A stretch of DNA of 64,000 bases from Octopus vulgaris. Lineage: Eukaryota. Location: contig OX597834.1 of the NCBI GenBank assembly GCA_951406725.2, forward strand, positions 23,374,001 through 23,438,000, written 5' to 3'. The translations under genes and the position numbers were made by a program. Positions 1-15,500 of this stretch are shown in pieces (positions within the stretch are counted from its first letter, which is position 1; each line of letters opens with the position of its first letter). The notes beneath the pieces were generated by a model. The model saw only the letters and a program-made list of their open reading frames with translations, made no database searches and was not told the DNA's origin.

Positions 1-210
1 GTTGCAGACGGCCATTGAATGTATCAAGTATGACCCGACTGGACTGTTGATTGGAAGTTTTGCCATCGATGATTCGTGTGTGAAAATCTGGCTTCACAAG
101 AGAAAGTCCATCCAATGCGTGTATTCCCTGAAGCACAAATGCAGTGTTTCCATGATTGAGTGGTGTAAGATGGTTGGGGTTGGTGACGATAAAGCGCTTA
201 CGTTTGCTGT
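1..210 (+). CDS. HERC1: HERC1 exon (WD40 region; begins upstream of window)
   Basis: [14 protein letters not shown]...KALTFA; donor GTAAGG at 211. Confidence 0.85.
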
Positions 211-225
211 GTAAGGACTGATGCT

Positions 226-257
<32 letters not shown>

Positions 258-3200
258 CCATTTTTATATTCATAATGAAGGTGTATGGCCTAGTGGTTAG
301 GGTGTTGCACTCACAACTGCAAGGTCATGGTTTCAATTCCCAGACTGGGTGGTGTGTTGTGCTCTTAAGCAAAGCATTTCATTTTCATGTTGCCCCAGTC
401 CACTCAGCTGTAAATGGTTAACCCTGCAACAGACTAGCATGCCATTCAGGGGATATTCTACTCACTTCATTGTTAAAGAAGGACATACTGGTAGATAAAA
501 AGAAATGTAGGATGGTCATGTCTGGGTTGTCTTTGATCATGGATCTCCTGGTGCTAAAGCAACAAACATAAAACAACCTATGTAGAGTAATGTTTATTAG
601 ATAACCAAAAATGCTTCTTGTTAAATAGAAACTGTGACATTTTCATTTTGTCTGTTAGCTTCTCATACATGTCATGATGCTTGGTTTGCAACCATAAGGC
701 CTTAGGTTCGATTCCTGGACTGATCCAACATATTGTGTCCCTGATAAAACCTAATTCATTTTGCATTGTTGTTCCTCCAGTTTACTTAGCTGTAAAAGCA
801 TGCCAACCTAGCACCAGTGCAACTCTCTCTCTCTCTCTCTCTCTAAATCTCACGTTGTGGATATGCTGCAGAGTCAAGGATGAAGATAGCAAGAGGATGT
901 TTGTTTCTTCTGTGCATAGGGACCACAGAGGGGCCACAAACGATTAGCAAAACTGGTAAATGTTACCAAGACCTGCTCATTCATGAGTGACTGTTCACAG
1001 TACTGTACTTCATTGCATTGCACAGTACTCTACTGTATTGTGTTGTACTTTTCTGCACCTTATGGCTGTGTAGTTAAGGAATTCACTAGATGACTACATA
1101 GTTCAGGGTTTAACTCACTGAGCAGTACCTTGGGTGTCTTCTGATGTAGGTTCAAGTTGACCTAAACCCATGAACTAGTGAAATAGATACAGGAATACCA
1201 TGCAAAAGTCCACTTGAAGTATGTGTGTGTGGCTCAGCAGGCTGAAACTTCGAAGTCACTGTTGATAATAGTTTTGTTCATGAATAATTATTGTATATGA
1301 ACATAATATACATATATAAGTGAACATTATGGCTCGTGGAAATTATGATGATAATGAATTTAGTGATGGTATTGATGATGTTAGTGATGATAAAGTTACT
1401 GGGGATGTTGTGTATGACAAGCAAAATGAACCAAATCCACTTTGCTTTTTTTCCCTTCTGGGACAGAATCAATAAAATGAAGTTCTACTGTTGAAGTACT
1501 GATGCCAATTGGTATCGGCCAATTTCTTTCTCCCCTCCCAAATTTCATTCCTTGTACCTCAATTATAAAGCAGTATTAATTAATTTGCTGATTTCTTCTT
1601 ATTTCAGTGGCTGTGAAAATGGTTGTGTCTATCTGTGGAACATTGCCCAACCTTCGCCCCATGAGGCTTTCCTATCTCCAAATGTTTATGCCATGGAGTC
1701 TCAAGAGGAATTGTCTGAAGTAATCATTTTATTTGTATAACTTCACTGCACTTTCTATGTGTGTTTGCTGTAGTTTACTGTATGTGTTTGCTGCCTAGTG
1801 TACTTTCTGTGTGATGTACCGTGTGTAGTCTGTGAAATGTGGTGTAATATAATCTGTGTAAAGACTGTACTCTCTCTGTAGTATTCTGTGTGTGCTTTCA
1901 AGTACATGTTCTCACTGTGTAGTTTAATATTGTGTACTCTCTTTGTAGATTATGATGCATATGCTTCACTTTCTATGTAGAGTACAGTGTAGGGTAGGCT
2001 GTCTAGAGTACTTTACATACTTTTGTGTAGCACACTATATCGTATGCTCCGTGTAGAGCACTGTGGGTTCTTTCTATAGAGTAGTAAACTATTCTTGTAT
2101 TTGTTTCAGTCATTTGGCTGTGGCCATGCTGGAGCACTGCCTTTAGTCAAACAAATCAACCACAGGACTTATTCTATTGGACTCTTTTGCCGAGCCACTA
2201 AGTTACGGGGAAGTAAACACACCAGCATTGATTGTCAAATGATGGTGGGAGGACAAACACACACACACATATGACAGGCTTCTTTCAGTTTCTGTCTAAC
2301 AGATCCAATCACAGGCTTTGGTTGACCTGAGGCTATGGTAGAAGACACTTGCCTAAGGTGCCACACTGTGGGACTGAACCCAAAACCATGTGGTTGGTAA
2401 GCAAGCTACTTACCACACAGCCAATCCTGCACCTATATATGTGTACTGTCTGTGTAGAGTATTGTATGTACTCTCTCTCTTTTAAGTGTACTTTGTTGGT
2501 GTTTTTGTTATTTTCTTCCTCTGTATAAGATCAACTCCTTTAGGATTTAGATTACTTTGTCAAATGTGATGCTTATTTATTCGCATTTTATAAATAACTC
2601 CTTCAATGTCTCATAGCTTTGAAATGTCGTTTATTTTTAGAATGATGTTGTAGGGTGGGTGTGAGAGGCTGGATCTGGCCAGTTTGAACATAAAACAGGT
2701 AGAATATTTCAGTCTGATATCGCCAGTTTAGATGCTAAAGGGTCTTTGTGCTAGACTCCTCGACCCACAGGTCACAACTACAATGCTATTGACCTGGGTT
2801 ATCATCACTGCCGACCTCCTCAGCTTCTGTTAACAACCAAACAGGTGGAAACCAGATCTAAGAAGCAGAAGGACAAGATATGCCCCAACATGCTTTATTC
2901 TTAAACTCAAAACTTCTGCCAACACACTAGAAATTTTTTAGCCTTAACAATAGAATGTTATAAAATTCTATAAATTTAGGCATCCAAATAAAAAGGACAT
3001 TTCTAAAACGTCCAATGTTTACGTGCACCAATGTAATTATAAACGTTATTATTACTATTAAAGTTATAAGGAATAATGACTGTCTGGTTGTATTTGCTTA
3101 GAATTGTTTCTGCTGCTGTTAAAATAGCATCTATTTTCCCATTTCAGGCAACATCAAGTTGTCCACCAGCTGAAGACACACTTCCTGAACACCGCTCCGA

Positions 3201-5790
3201 CAATAACCTGAAGCCTTTATATGTATTTGTCGGGCATATTTCTAAAGTAACGAGTTTGTCATTCTCTCCCAATGCATTAATGCTTGCCACTGGCTGTTTA
3301 AAAGGTTGGCTCAACATTTGGTCCCTGAAGGTGAGTTACCTCCCTTGTTTTGTTTTTCTGGCTTATCTTACCATTCCCCTTTTCTCTTTCTCCCTCCCTC
3401 TCTCTCTCTCTCTCTCTTCCCTTCTGTTTCTCTCTCTCCTACTTCATTAGACTTGCCCAAACAGTCAGTACCTGCTGGAACCAGTAGCTAAATCCACCCG
3501 CAAATTGCAAGCTGTTGTTTTTTAAAAAAAAGGGAGTAACCCATATATTGAAGTCCAAATATGTAGTATCTCTGGATGGTTACAATCTGGAATGTCTTTG
3601 TGGGTCTGCCCAGTCTGTCTTGAAGTTAACCATCAAAATATTCTCTAAACTAGGCAAGAAACAAGCCTCAAGTGGTTGCATGACTTGCTAGAAATTGTAA
3701 CATAATCTCTCTCTAGTCATGTCCTTATTTTCTAAAAAAAAAAAAGACTCATTGAATAAAGTGATAACTGATATGGAATAAGACAGGATGGTCATGGTTG
3801 GAACACCATTGATTAAAGGTCTATTTTATTGAGTCTGACCTATAGCTAAGTAACAACTTCAATGCAATAGCTGTGAGATTATCCGCTGCCCCCTAGCAAC
3901 ATGAGATACACGTTGGGGATTGGTTGTGAAAAGACACACACACACATGTATCTCATGGGTGGGAGCTGGTATCCATGTTACAGAACTTTCTGTCTTAAAG
4001 GACTCTTACATTTTAAATGAACCCTTTTCATCCTACTTCTATAAAAGAAACCTTTTTATTTTTCTCAAGTTATGTCCCAAATATCATCTTGAGCTAACAA
4101 AGGAGTATATGTGAACGCTTGATCTGCATGAAATAGAAGCAAAATCAGCCCCACCCTGCCAAATCACTGAGTCGCCTTACAGAAAAGGCACCTACTATTA
4201 TACATGATGTGCTCTTGCGGGAGAGGACATACCTGAGGCTAAGACAGAGTCACCTCCCCTTGTTTGTCTTGGTCTAAATTGCTAATTACAATTTTATTTT
4301 TTCATATCTTCTTCCCTCCTGTACAGTGCTTGGCTGCACTACAACTCATCTGAAAAAGCAGCCAAAAGTGCATGAATAGTTCCTAGAATAAGGCACAAAA
4401 AAAAAAAAACGAAAGTGTACAGTGAGTGAGTTGTTTAAAGAAAAGGGAGTGGGCGTCAGGTATACGATTGGTGGGTGTTGGGAAGCATTGATTGGAAATA
4501 AAATTTATCTCATTACATTATACTAGTGCCATCTTTATTAATTATTGATAAAATGTAAGTTGTAGTAAAGATTATTTGCCAACATGACATGGCAATCCTG
4601 GTTTAGGACGAATGTTGCTGTAATTTAGCCCCAGGGGACATTGTCTCCAGATGGCTATATGACACGATCTGTGTCCTTATATTTTCGAACAAGGGAACAA
4701 GGACATAGATCGTGTCGTATAGCAAGCTGGAGACGATGTCTCCTGGGGCTAAATTACAGCAACATCCGTCCTAAACCAGGACTACCATGTTATGTTGGCA
4801 AACAATCTTTACTACAAAGTACTGTTGCAGAATATCTCTCGCTGTAAGATTTAAAAATGGTAATTTTCTAAAATGTATGTTATTTTAAATATGTATAAGC
4901 CTGCGTGTGCATGTATGTTAATATGCTCAAACCGTATATGAGGGTGGTGCTGAAAAGTTCCTGGCTTTGAGTAAAAGAAAATACAGGAGGATCAGTTAAT
5001 TATGATTTTATTCAACACTAGCACTATGACCCGGCGTTGCTGGGTCATAGTGCTAGCGCATGCATATACAACTGCATGCGTGCGCACATACACGCGAGTA
5101 CTGTCCAAATCTCCGACCAGTAAAATACAGCTAGCTGGCATTCAATTGGTGTATCAAGTTTCGGGCATTTTGGTTGGGTTTTGGATAGAAAATTCACAAA
5201 AAAGTCACTTCTATTGATTTTTTGATGGCTTTGCGGGATGACTGGGGAAATGTAAAGATGTGCATGACCACCCTTGGACGGTTTTGAATGACCATAGAAA
5301 ATGCAAGCTCTCTAACTGAAAAATTGTGGATTCGTATAAAGGACACACATGCAGACATTTTGCTGTTTATATATATAGAGATATTCCCCTCTCAGATTTA
5401 CTCACTTACTGCAGTGGTCCTTCAGTTTTTCGAAGAATAGGACTCTGAAAGGTGGGCCTCCAACCAGGCCTTTCAGAAAATCTTTAAAGTCAGAAACTTT
5501 TCGGCACCCCCCCTCATATCTTTGATAATATGTTGAATTTGTGTGTGTTTAATGGTTTTACAAGGTGTATCTGTGTTTATTGTTCACTCAGTATATGTAC
5601 CTGTTTAAATGTGTACACTGTGTATGTGTGTGCTTAATGTATTCACAATGTGTTCAGCTATAGAAGTTTAATGTGTTCACTGTTTGTGTAATTAATGTGT
5701 TTATACCGTGTATTTGTGTAATTTGTGTTCACAATATGTATTTGTGTTTAATGTGTTCACAATGTGTGTCTGTAATTAATGATTATACAG

Positions 5791-5821
<31 letters not shown>

Positions 5822-6128
5822 TTATTACGTCTGTACTGTGTGAGTATGATATTAGTGTGGTGCATTACTTCAGACGTAAGTAGTTGTCTTTAATTACTGT
5901 AATTATTCTTCTAATTACTCTCTAATGACTGCTCTAATTATTCCAGGATGGTACATTACTCCAAACTTATGTTGGAAATGGTCTTGTCAGAAGTTGTTGT
6001 TGGTTTGAAGAAAATTCACTGACGGCAAATTTTGGACACAGCAAGGTAGGGTCCGTTTAATATATAGAGCCTGAAATATTTTGGCTCCGACACCATCATC
6101 ATTGCCACTCACTCTCTGTCTTTCTCTT

Positions 6129-6193
<65 letters not shown>

Positions 6194-7562
6194 AACACGT
6201 CTTTAATTTTTTACCTCGTTTCATCCATTAGACTGCTGCCATGCTGTGGCAGTGCCTTGAAGAATTTTAATTGAACAGATTGACCCCAGTACTTATTTAT
6301 TTTTAAGCCGGGTACTTATTCTATCAGTCTCTTTGGCTGAACTGCTAAGTTACGAGGACTTAAACTTAGCAACATCAGTTGTCAAGTGGTGGCAGGGGAG
6401 ACACACACATACACACACACACACACCAACATGCACACATACACACACACACACCAACATGCACACATGCACCAACTCACATGCACAAACACACACACAC
6501 ACATATTTAGAAGGTTGTTTGTAATGGTTGGTCAGAATGACCATTGGTTTCGTACCTTTCATCAGGTAAGTGTGAAACCAGTGGTCACTCTCTGACCAGC
6601 CATAGCAAACAACTTTCAGCCAAGGCTTTGGTTGACCTGAGGCTATAATCATCATCATTGTTCGACCGTGGTCGAGACAATGGAATTTACCATGCTATAA
6701 TAGAAGGTACATGTCTGAGGTGCCAAGCAGTGGGACTGAACTTTGAACTATGTGGTTGGGAAGCAAGCTTCTTATTACACAGCCAAGCCTGCACATTTAT
6801 ACATATGTTGTGTTTGTCTCTTGTTTCTTGGGAGGGTCATTTTGCCAGTAAAAACACAAACACTGGTTCTAATTCACTTCATTTTATTATTATAATTATT
6901 ATTATTATCATTATTATTATTATTATTATTATCATCATTATTATTATTATTAGCAGCAGCAGCAGCCAACCAACTGCTTGATTGATCAAATTATTAGTCA
7001 AACAATAGTTTGGTCAATTAGTTAATTCATTGTCTATTAATAATTAGAAGAAGTTTAAACAGAACCAGTGCACCTGTTTCCATTGGCAAAAACTGGCCTC
7101 CCCCACTCACCCCAAGAGTCAACAACTTTCTACTCAAGACAAAACATTCTTCACGCCAGTAACACACGTAGGTACCCACTTGGATCCAACTCAGTCTCAT
7201 TGTATCCGTCTCTCTTTGCAGGATGTCTTTATATTCCACTACTTCCATCCTGCTGATGTTGCTTATAAAAACCATGTATTGGCTGCTGCACGTAAGGCTC
7301 TGAAAATGCGTGGCATAACAGGACTGTGCAATACGCCGTGTCTGAAGATGCTTTTTCTACAACTACCCACCATCTTACAAGAACAATACTTATATGAAAA
7401 GGTAAGACAATCACTGAGTGTATTGTTTGTTTTTTTTTGTTTTTTGCTCTCTCTCACACACACACACACACACATGTGTATATTTGTGTGTATTCATATA
7501 CATACATATATATATGTTTTACTCTTTATCTTTTATTAAACTTTTAATACTTTTGATATATA

Positions 7563-7594
<32 letters not shown>

Positions 7595-7817
7595 TAGATT
7601 AATAAATAAATAAATTAATTAATTAATTAATAAAATAATATATAGATATAAAAATATACATACATACATATATATTTGTATATATGTATAAAATTTATAA
7701 GTTTAAATTTAAATAATTTTTTTTATTTTTAACTTTTATATTTTTAAATTAATTTTATGTATTGGCTTATGTTTTTCACTGTTTGATTTGCCTAGTAGTG
7801 GTTTTATCTCTAATTTA

Positions 7818-7874
<57 letters not shown>

Positions 7875-8037
7875 GTATATTCTGTATTTGCAAAAACAGT
7901 AAATAAAGTATAAGGAAAGTATAAGTACAGAACCAATATACATTCTACAATTTGTAGAATGTATATTGGTTCTGTACCAACTTGGATTTGAAATGAATTA
8001 AAGTTTGTCTACTCTTAAAATTTTTTTCCTTTCCTTA

Positions 8038-8124
<87 letters not shown>

Positions 8125-8551
8125 GTGTATATATGTATATACACATATGTGTATATATGTATATATGTATATATACATATGTGTATATATGTATATATAC
8201 ATATGTGTTATATATGTATATATACATATGTGTATATATGTATATATACATATGTGTATATACATATATACACATATGTGTATATATGTATATATACATA
8301 TGTGTTATATATGTATATATACATATGTGTTATATATGTATATATACACACTATTTCTCCATTTTCAAATTTCCAATAATTCTTTAGGAACACTTTTCTC
8401 TTCTTATCTATTAAAATGCCTGCCATTACATCTCAGAACACTGAAATATGCCAAATATAACTGTCAACCTGTTTTTGCACCACCCTGTATATGTAGATAT
8501 ATAAATATATATATGTATACACACACTTACACATTCATATATGTGTATGTG

Positions 8552-8583
<32 letters not shown>

Positions 8584-8877
8584 TATACATATATGTACAT
8601 GAACACATTCATATAGTTTGACACATACACATACATAAGAACCTTCCGTCTGCAATCATTAATGGTGAGCCCTGACTATTTTGCTCTGTCTTCAACTCTT
8701 TTCAGCCAGTGACCTTAAGTGGTGAACAATTGCTCCACAGCCAATATCTTCAGAACTTGGCAGCATTAACCATTGGACTTGAACTTGACAATGTCCTCTG
8801 TTATAATTCTGTGCCACCACATCATTGGTATAAGAACGTCAAAGGTAAACTCAATCTCAATGACCCCTTCCCTGCTT

Positions 8878-8941
<64 letters not shown>

Positions 8942-9406
8942 CCATTTCATCTTGGAATACTGGAACAAGATAATGTGCTTCATAAGGATACAGCTTGGAT
9001 TATAACTCTACCTACATATATATATATATATATATATGGACAAAATCCAAAGCAAACTCGATGAACATTAATGGAATTTGTAGTTTGTGGTACCAGTGCC
9101 GGTGGCACATACGAAAACCATCCGAATGTGACCATAGCCAGTACCGCATTGACTGGCCTCCGTGCCGGTGGCACGTAAAAAACACCATCCGAGCGTGGCC
9201 GTTCGCCAGCCTCGTCTGGCACCTGTTTCGGTGGCACATAAAATCACCCACTACACTCTCGGAGTGGTTGGCGTTAGGAAGGGCATCCAGCCGTAGAAAC
9301 ACTGCCAGATCTGACTGGCCTGGTGCAGCTTTCGGGCTTCCCAGACCCCAGTTGAACCGTCCAACCCATGCTAGCATGGAAAGCGGACGATAAACGATGA
9401 TGATGA

Positions 9407-9454
<48 letters not shown>

Positions 9455-12400
9455 TGATGACTTTGTTAGCTCCATTGCTGCTACTGGAGTAGCAGTGGGA
9501 GAATGTATAGTAGCTCAGTTTTATTGGTTAGAAGTGAATGGTATGTCGCAGTGTGGCAGTCTGTACATGTTGTTATGTCTATGTCTCTGTGGTGCATGAG
9601 GGGCAGCTGAGAAGTTCCTGGCTTTGGCTGGAAGAAAATACAGAATCAGTTCATTGTGATTTTATTCAACACATTTCCCTCACAGATTCGTACACTTATT
9701 GCTGTGTTCCTTCAGATTTTGTAAGCCCTGTAAAAGAGCTTGGAAGGTTCGACCTCTAAGCAAGCCTTTTGCACATACATACATACATACATACATACCA
9801 TATATACATCCATCCATCCATACATACATACATACACACACAAACAAACAAACAATGTGTTCACGAAAGACCAAGTCATTAAGACACACAAGTTCGAAAG
9901 TTTATACTCACCCTTAGTTCTACAGTCTACCCAGCTGTAAGAGGGTACCACAGTATAGTGCAGTTCACTGTATTGGGTCTGTGGACAAGACATTATGCTT
10001 CTTGCACAACACTGTCCACCTTGCTGAGATTAAAATGTTATTGTTCTGTCTGAATGTGTCATGTTGAAAAACCAAACATTAAAATGAAGAGGATGAGGAT
10101 GATGATAGTAATTGTGATGATGGTGATGATGATGTCTGTTGCAACCATCAAATTAATTCCAGAGTTTCTATAAATCTAAAGTCCTTGTTTGTTTGTTTGT
10201 TTCAGGTCGATCATACGTTGCCGCTGAGTGGGAATGGCTGCTCAACTATTCCACGGCCATAAAGTCAGCCACAGCCCTGCACCGTCGCTCCAAACTGCCT
10301 GACATATTTCCTTTGCTGGGATATGAACCACAACAACATGAAGACAATCCTGTAAGAGAAACCTATAAAAACCTACGTCTGTGGTGGCACAGTGTGCGTG
10401 GGGGGGGGGTTTCTTTCTATGCACAGGGGTTGGACAAAATAATGGAATCACCTTAAAATTTCAAACAAATTTATTTTAATATGGGAAAGGACCGCCTTTG
10501 GCAGTAATTACAGCTTGAATTCTACGAGGTATGAACTCATACAAAGTTTGAATTGTTTCGAAAGAAATTTTTGTCCATTCTTCAGCTAAAACTATCCCCA
10601 GTTCTTGTAGTGATGATGGTGGAGGATATCGACTCCTTACTTGTTTTTCTAAAATGCACCATAAATGTTCAGTAATATTGAGATCTGGGGACTGTGGTGG
10701 CCAGATAAGATGTTTGACTTCACTAAAATGTTCCTCGTGCCATTCAGTAACAATTTGTGTGAATTGGTGCATTATCATCCTGAAAGATTGCATTTCTTTC
10801 CGGAAACAGTTCCACAACCATAGGAGGAATTTGATCAGATAAAATGCTTAAATAGTCTTGACTATTAATTCTGCCATGAAAGGAAACCGTTGCGCTGGCA
10901 GATTTCCAAGATATAGCCCCCAGATCATCACAGATCCTTCTCCATGTTTAACAGTTGGAAGAAGGCAGTCTGGGTAAAATGCACCTTTTGGCTGTCTCCA
11001 CACATATACTCAGCAGGTGGTCGGAAATAAGGTAAAGGATGGCTCATCTGAAAAAATAACAGTCTTCCATTGTTCTAGGGACCAATTCTGTAGGTTTTTA
11101 CTCCACTCTGAATGCTTTCTATCATTTGTTTTTGAAAGTAGTGGTTTTCTGATTGCAGCCCTCCCGTGAGAGAGTCAGAGCTCATCTCATCAGATGCCAG
11201 CGCTGCCTGACTGGCGTCCGTGTCGGTGACACGTAAAAGCACCAACTGATCATGGCTGTTTGCCAGCCTCGTCTGGCCCCTGTGCCGGTGGCATGTAAAA
11301 ATCACCCACTACACTCACGGAGTGGTTGGCGTTAGGAAGGGCATCCAGCTGTAGAAACACTGCCAAATCAGACTGGAGCCTGGTGCAGCCTCCAAGGCTT
11401 TCCAGACCCCGGTCGAACCGTCCAACCCATGCTAGCATGGAAAATGGACGTTAAATGATGATGATGATGATTCATATACATATATATATATATATTCATA
11501 TACAATTTCAAAATAAGGTGATTAAAATGAAAATATGCAACAAGGATAATATAATAAGGATTTTAATCGCCTTATTTTGAAATTGTATGGATAATACCAT
11601 ACTAAATTCTGGTGTTTCAATTTAGGTACCATATTCATATATATATATATAAATATATATATATAATACAAACATATTAAGCAACAATAATAATAAATCA
11701 AAAAAACATAAAAATAAACAAGCTCTTGATGGCTTTATAGATATTTCCAAATTATGATGCTATGATGCTAGGTGATTCCATTATTTTGTCCAAGCCCTAT
11801 ATATATATATAAGCCTGGAAGGATATATTCATAAACATATATATATATATTCATAAACATATCTATATACATTCATATGTGTGTGTCACTGGGATTAAGA
11901 TAATCAACTTATCCCCACACCACCACAAATTACAGGCCTTGTGCTAAAATTTGAAATTATTTTTCTTATTTATTATTTCGAAGTTTTTTAGTTTGTTTTT
12001 TTTTAAAGTTTTCTTTTTTTTCCATTTTGCAGTCTGCAGGATACTGGGATTGTGCAAAAGATGCTCAAGTAATGGCCTGGGCCACACAGAAACCAGAAGA
12101 CTGGCAACTCGGCGGCAAGTGTGAAGGCTACCTGTGGGGAAGTGGCCGACATGGTCAAATGTGTGAAGGGGGTAAATTTGCCCACGCTCCAACAAGGGTA
12201 CCATCCTTCTCTTGTGCTCAGCAGGTAAGGATAGCCACTTCACAGTGCATTTTTATTTTATTATGCTTGTTTTTATGATCTTATCAAAAGAGGAAATCGA
12301 TAGGGATCTGCCCCTGTTAGGTTGTACTGTAACATGTAACCCTAATGTGTAAAACTTCAACTTGTTAGGACAGAACTATACGTATTGGCATACATATATA

Positions 12401-12524
12401 TATATGTATGTGCATCTACACACACGCATGCACACACAACTACCTACATACACATATGCATATACATGCATACATACATATGTACATACATAAATATGTA
12501 CATTCTTACATATATAAGTGCATG

Positions 12525-12578
<54 letters not shown>

Positions 12579-15500
12579 TGTACACACACACGTTTAGATT
12601 TAATCCCTCCCTATATTGCAAGATGTTTTCCATACCAGCCCACCACTATTGAATGTGTTTCATTTACAGATAATCTGTGGCCAGAATTCTACATTTGTAA
12701 TCCAAGCTAATGGCACCGTAATGGCCAGTGGAGAAGGTAGTTATGGAAGATTAGGACAAGGAAACTCCGATGATCTCCATTCACTCACCGTCATCTCATC
12801 AATGCAAGGTACTCTCTCTCTCTCTCTTCCTCTCTCTCACCCCCTCTTTCAGTCTATGCCATTTCACATTCAATATGGAATAATCCAAAACAAGATTAAT
12901 TCCATTCAAAATGGAATAATTTCGTTCAAAATGAGAATAGAAATTACAGTATGTTTGGCATTATATCATTCCATTTATTGTCATTTTTATTACACAAAAA
13001 TTTGTTTTTATTATTAGTGCTGCTACATAAGTAAGTAAAGCAAAAAATACTGTATTTTTTATTCTCATTTTTAATATTCTCATTTTGAATGGAATTATTC
13101 TCATATTGAATGTGAAATGGTATATGTCTCCCTCCTCTCTCTGTAGCTTGCTACCTAACACATACTAAATATTAAATGTGTAAATCAACGCTCCATCACA
13201 CAGTAATCTATTCAATGGTTTTGTCTGTCTGTGTGTCTAGGTTTTGTGATAACCCAACTTGTAACCTCCGTTGGATCCGATGGTCATAGTATGGCCCTTG
13301 CTGAGAGTGGTGAAGTCTTCAGTTGGGGTGATGGCGATTATGGTAAACTTGGTCATGGAAACAGCGACAGGCAGCGCCGGCCTCGACAAATTGAAGCTCT
13401 CCAAGGAGAGGAAATTGTTCAGGTTTAATATTCTTCTAGCTTTTTTTTTCCTGTTTTCCTTTTCTTCTTTCTGTAACTTCATCTTTCTTAGAAATAATTT
13501 CAATTCTTTTGTTTTGTTTTTTCAACACCATAGGAATTTCGTTTTTTTTTTCCACAACTTTCTTCAATTGTGTCAATGATGATGATAATGATGCTGTTTC
13601 ATAGAGGTAGTGGTTGTTGTCGTTTAACCCCCAGGTCAGTCCCAATCCAGTAGGTCTATGATCAAAGGTATTCTAGCTGTGACCATCCTGTCTCTAATTC
13701 AGGCATAGTATATCTAAGACTACATTATGTAATGTTGCCTTTCTTGTTGTTTCACCCCAGGTTAGTCATCATCCACTACAGCTATGATCAAAGATGTTCA
13801 ACTTTAACCCTTCCATCTTTTATTCATCATGTATCTAAGACTACATTATCTAATGGTGTTCCTCCTTGTTGTTGTTGTTGTTGTTTAACCCCAGGTCAGT
13901 TTGATCCAGGAGGCCTATGATAGAAATACTTTAACTGTGATCAGGCATAATGTATCTAGGACTGCATTATCTAATTAACATTTTGAGCTCTGATCCAGCT
14001 AACCTATGGCCAAATATACCCGAGCTGTCTTTTATTTGGACATAATGTATCTAGGACTACAATGTACTACGTGTCCTTCATTTAAGCTAGTTGGCTTTGG
14101 ATTTTGAGGGAAATGTTTATAAAGTGATTAAAAATGTTTAAAAATTAGTAAAGATGTTTAAAAAAGTATCATTCAAGCACGAATAAAAATGTTTTTTCAA
14201 AATTAAGAAAGAAAAAGCATCACTATTTATGTTTGCATAATGTTTTTACTCAGTTTATAAGCATTTTCGATAATTCTTTTAACATCTTCAATAAAGATGT
14301 TTGTAAAATGATTAAAGATGTTACATTAATGATTCTAGGTTTTTAACCCTTTTACATTTAAACCAATCATATCTGGCCCCTAATCTACTTATTTTATGCT
14401 CAAACCAACCAGATCTGGCCTCTCACACCTACCCTACAATGTTATTCTAAAAATAAATAGTCACATCATTGAAATCTCAAAGTTACAAGATAATGCATGA
14501 CTAATTCAAAACAATGAGAATAAATAAGGATTACATTTCCTTGAGTAATCTGAATGCTAAAGGATTAAAGCTGATTAAGATATTAACCCTTTTGTTACCA
14601 ACCTGGCTGAAACCGGCTCTGGCTCTGAGTACAAATGTCTTGTTTTCATAAGTTTTGAATTAAAATCTTCCACCAAACCTTAGTCACATTTCATGTTCCT
14701 AGCTTAATGATAACCAAGTTATTTTACTAAATTCTTTGTTATATTTAAAGTAATTAAAAGAAACGCAGAGCATTTCAAAAGAAATACAGTAACAAAAGGG
14801 TTAAAGATTAAATATAAAATATTAAAACTGTTTTGTAACGAGAAACAACCACTAACTTCAATAAAAAAAAAACCAGAACAAATTTGATGTTTGATGTAAA
14901 TGATTGTTGTAACTTTTAATGTGCATCGGTGTGATGTGAGGACAGCATCCTGAACCATCTTCTCTCCGTCTCTCTTATTCTTCAGTTGGCCTGCGGATTC
15001 AAACACAGTGCTGTTGTCTCTCATGATGGTGTGTTGTTTACGTTTGGTAATGGAGACTATGGGCGTCTAGGCTTGGGTTCCAATTCCAACAGGAAAATTC
15101 CAGAAAGGGTAACAGCTTTGGAAGGTCACAAAATAGGCTACGTAAGTAAACTGTCTCCTCCTTCTTTTGCAGATAATTCTTATAAAATTCCAATTCTAGG
15201 TTTTCATTAAACTTTGCTGTTGACTTGTTGCAAGTTGTCATCTGACCATTTTTGTCATCAGCATCATCATCGTTGTCGTCATCATTGCTATCAACATCAT
15301 CATTGTCATCATCATTGACAGTAGCAGTAACAGCACAGTGGCATTTTAATGTCTGCTTTTCTCTGCAGTCATGGGTTAGGCAGGATTTTAAGTCTGGTTT
15401 TTATGGCACGGGTTGCAGGCATAAGATATTTGCCTCTGTGAGGTTACTTGATCTGCTAGGCACAGCAGTCAAATTACCTTCGAAGTGCACACAACAGGAA

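Noticed and set aside
8005-8608. Several 60-160 aa ORFs rich in Y/I/C/V/H/T (also at 6333-6658, 12376-12710, 24088-24493, 39756-40091, 41507-41784)
   Set aside because: Translations of (TA)n/(CA)n microsatellites, not genes
9452-9520. Hairpin CATTGCTGCT/AGTAGCAGTG as a snoRNA or miRNA
   Set aside because: No box motifs in the right positions and no second copy; insufficient evidence
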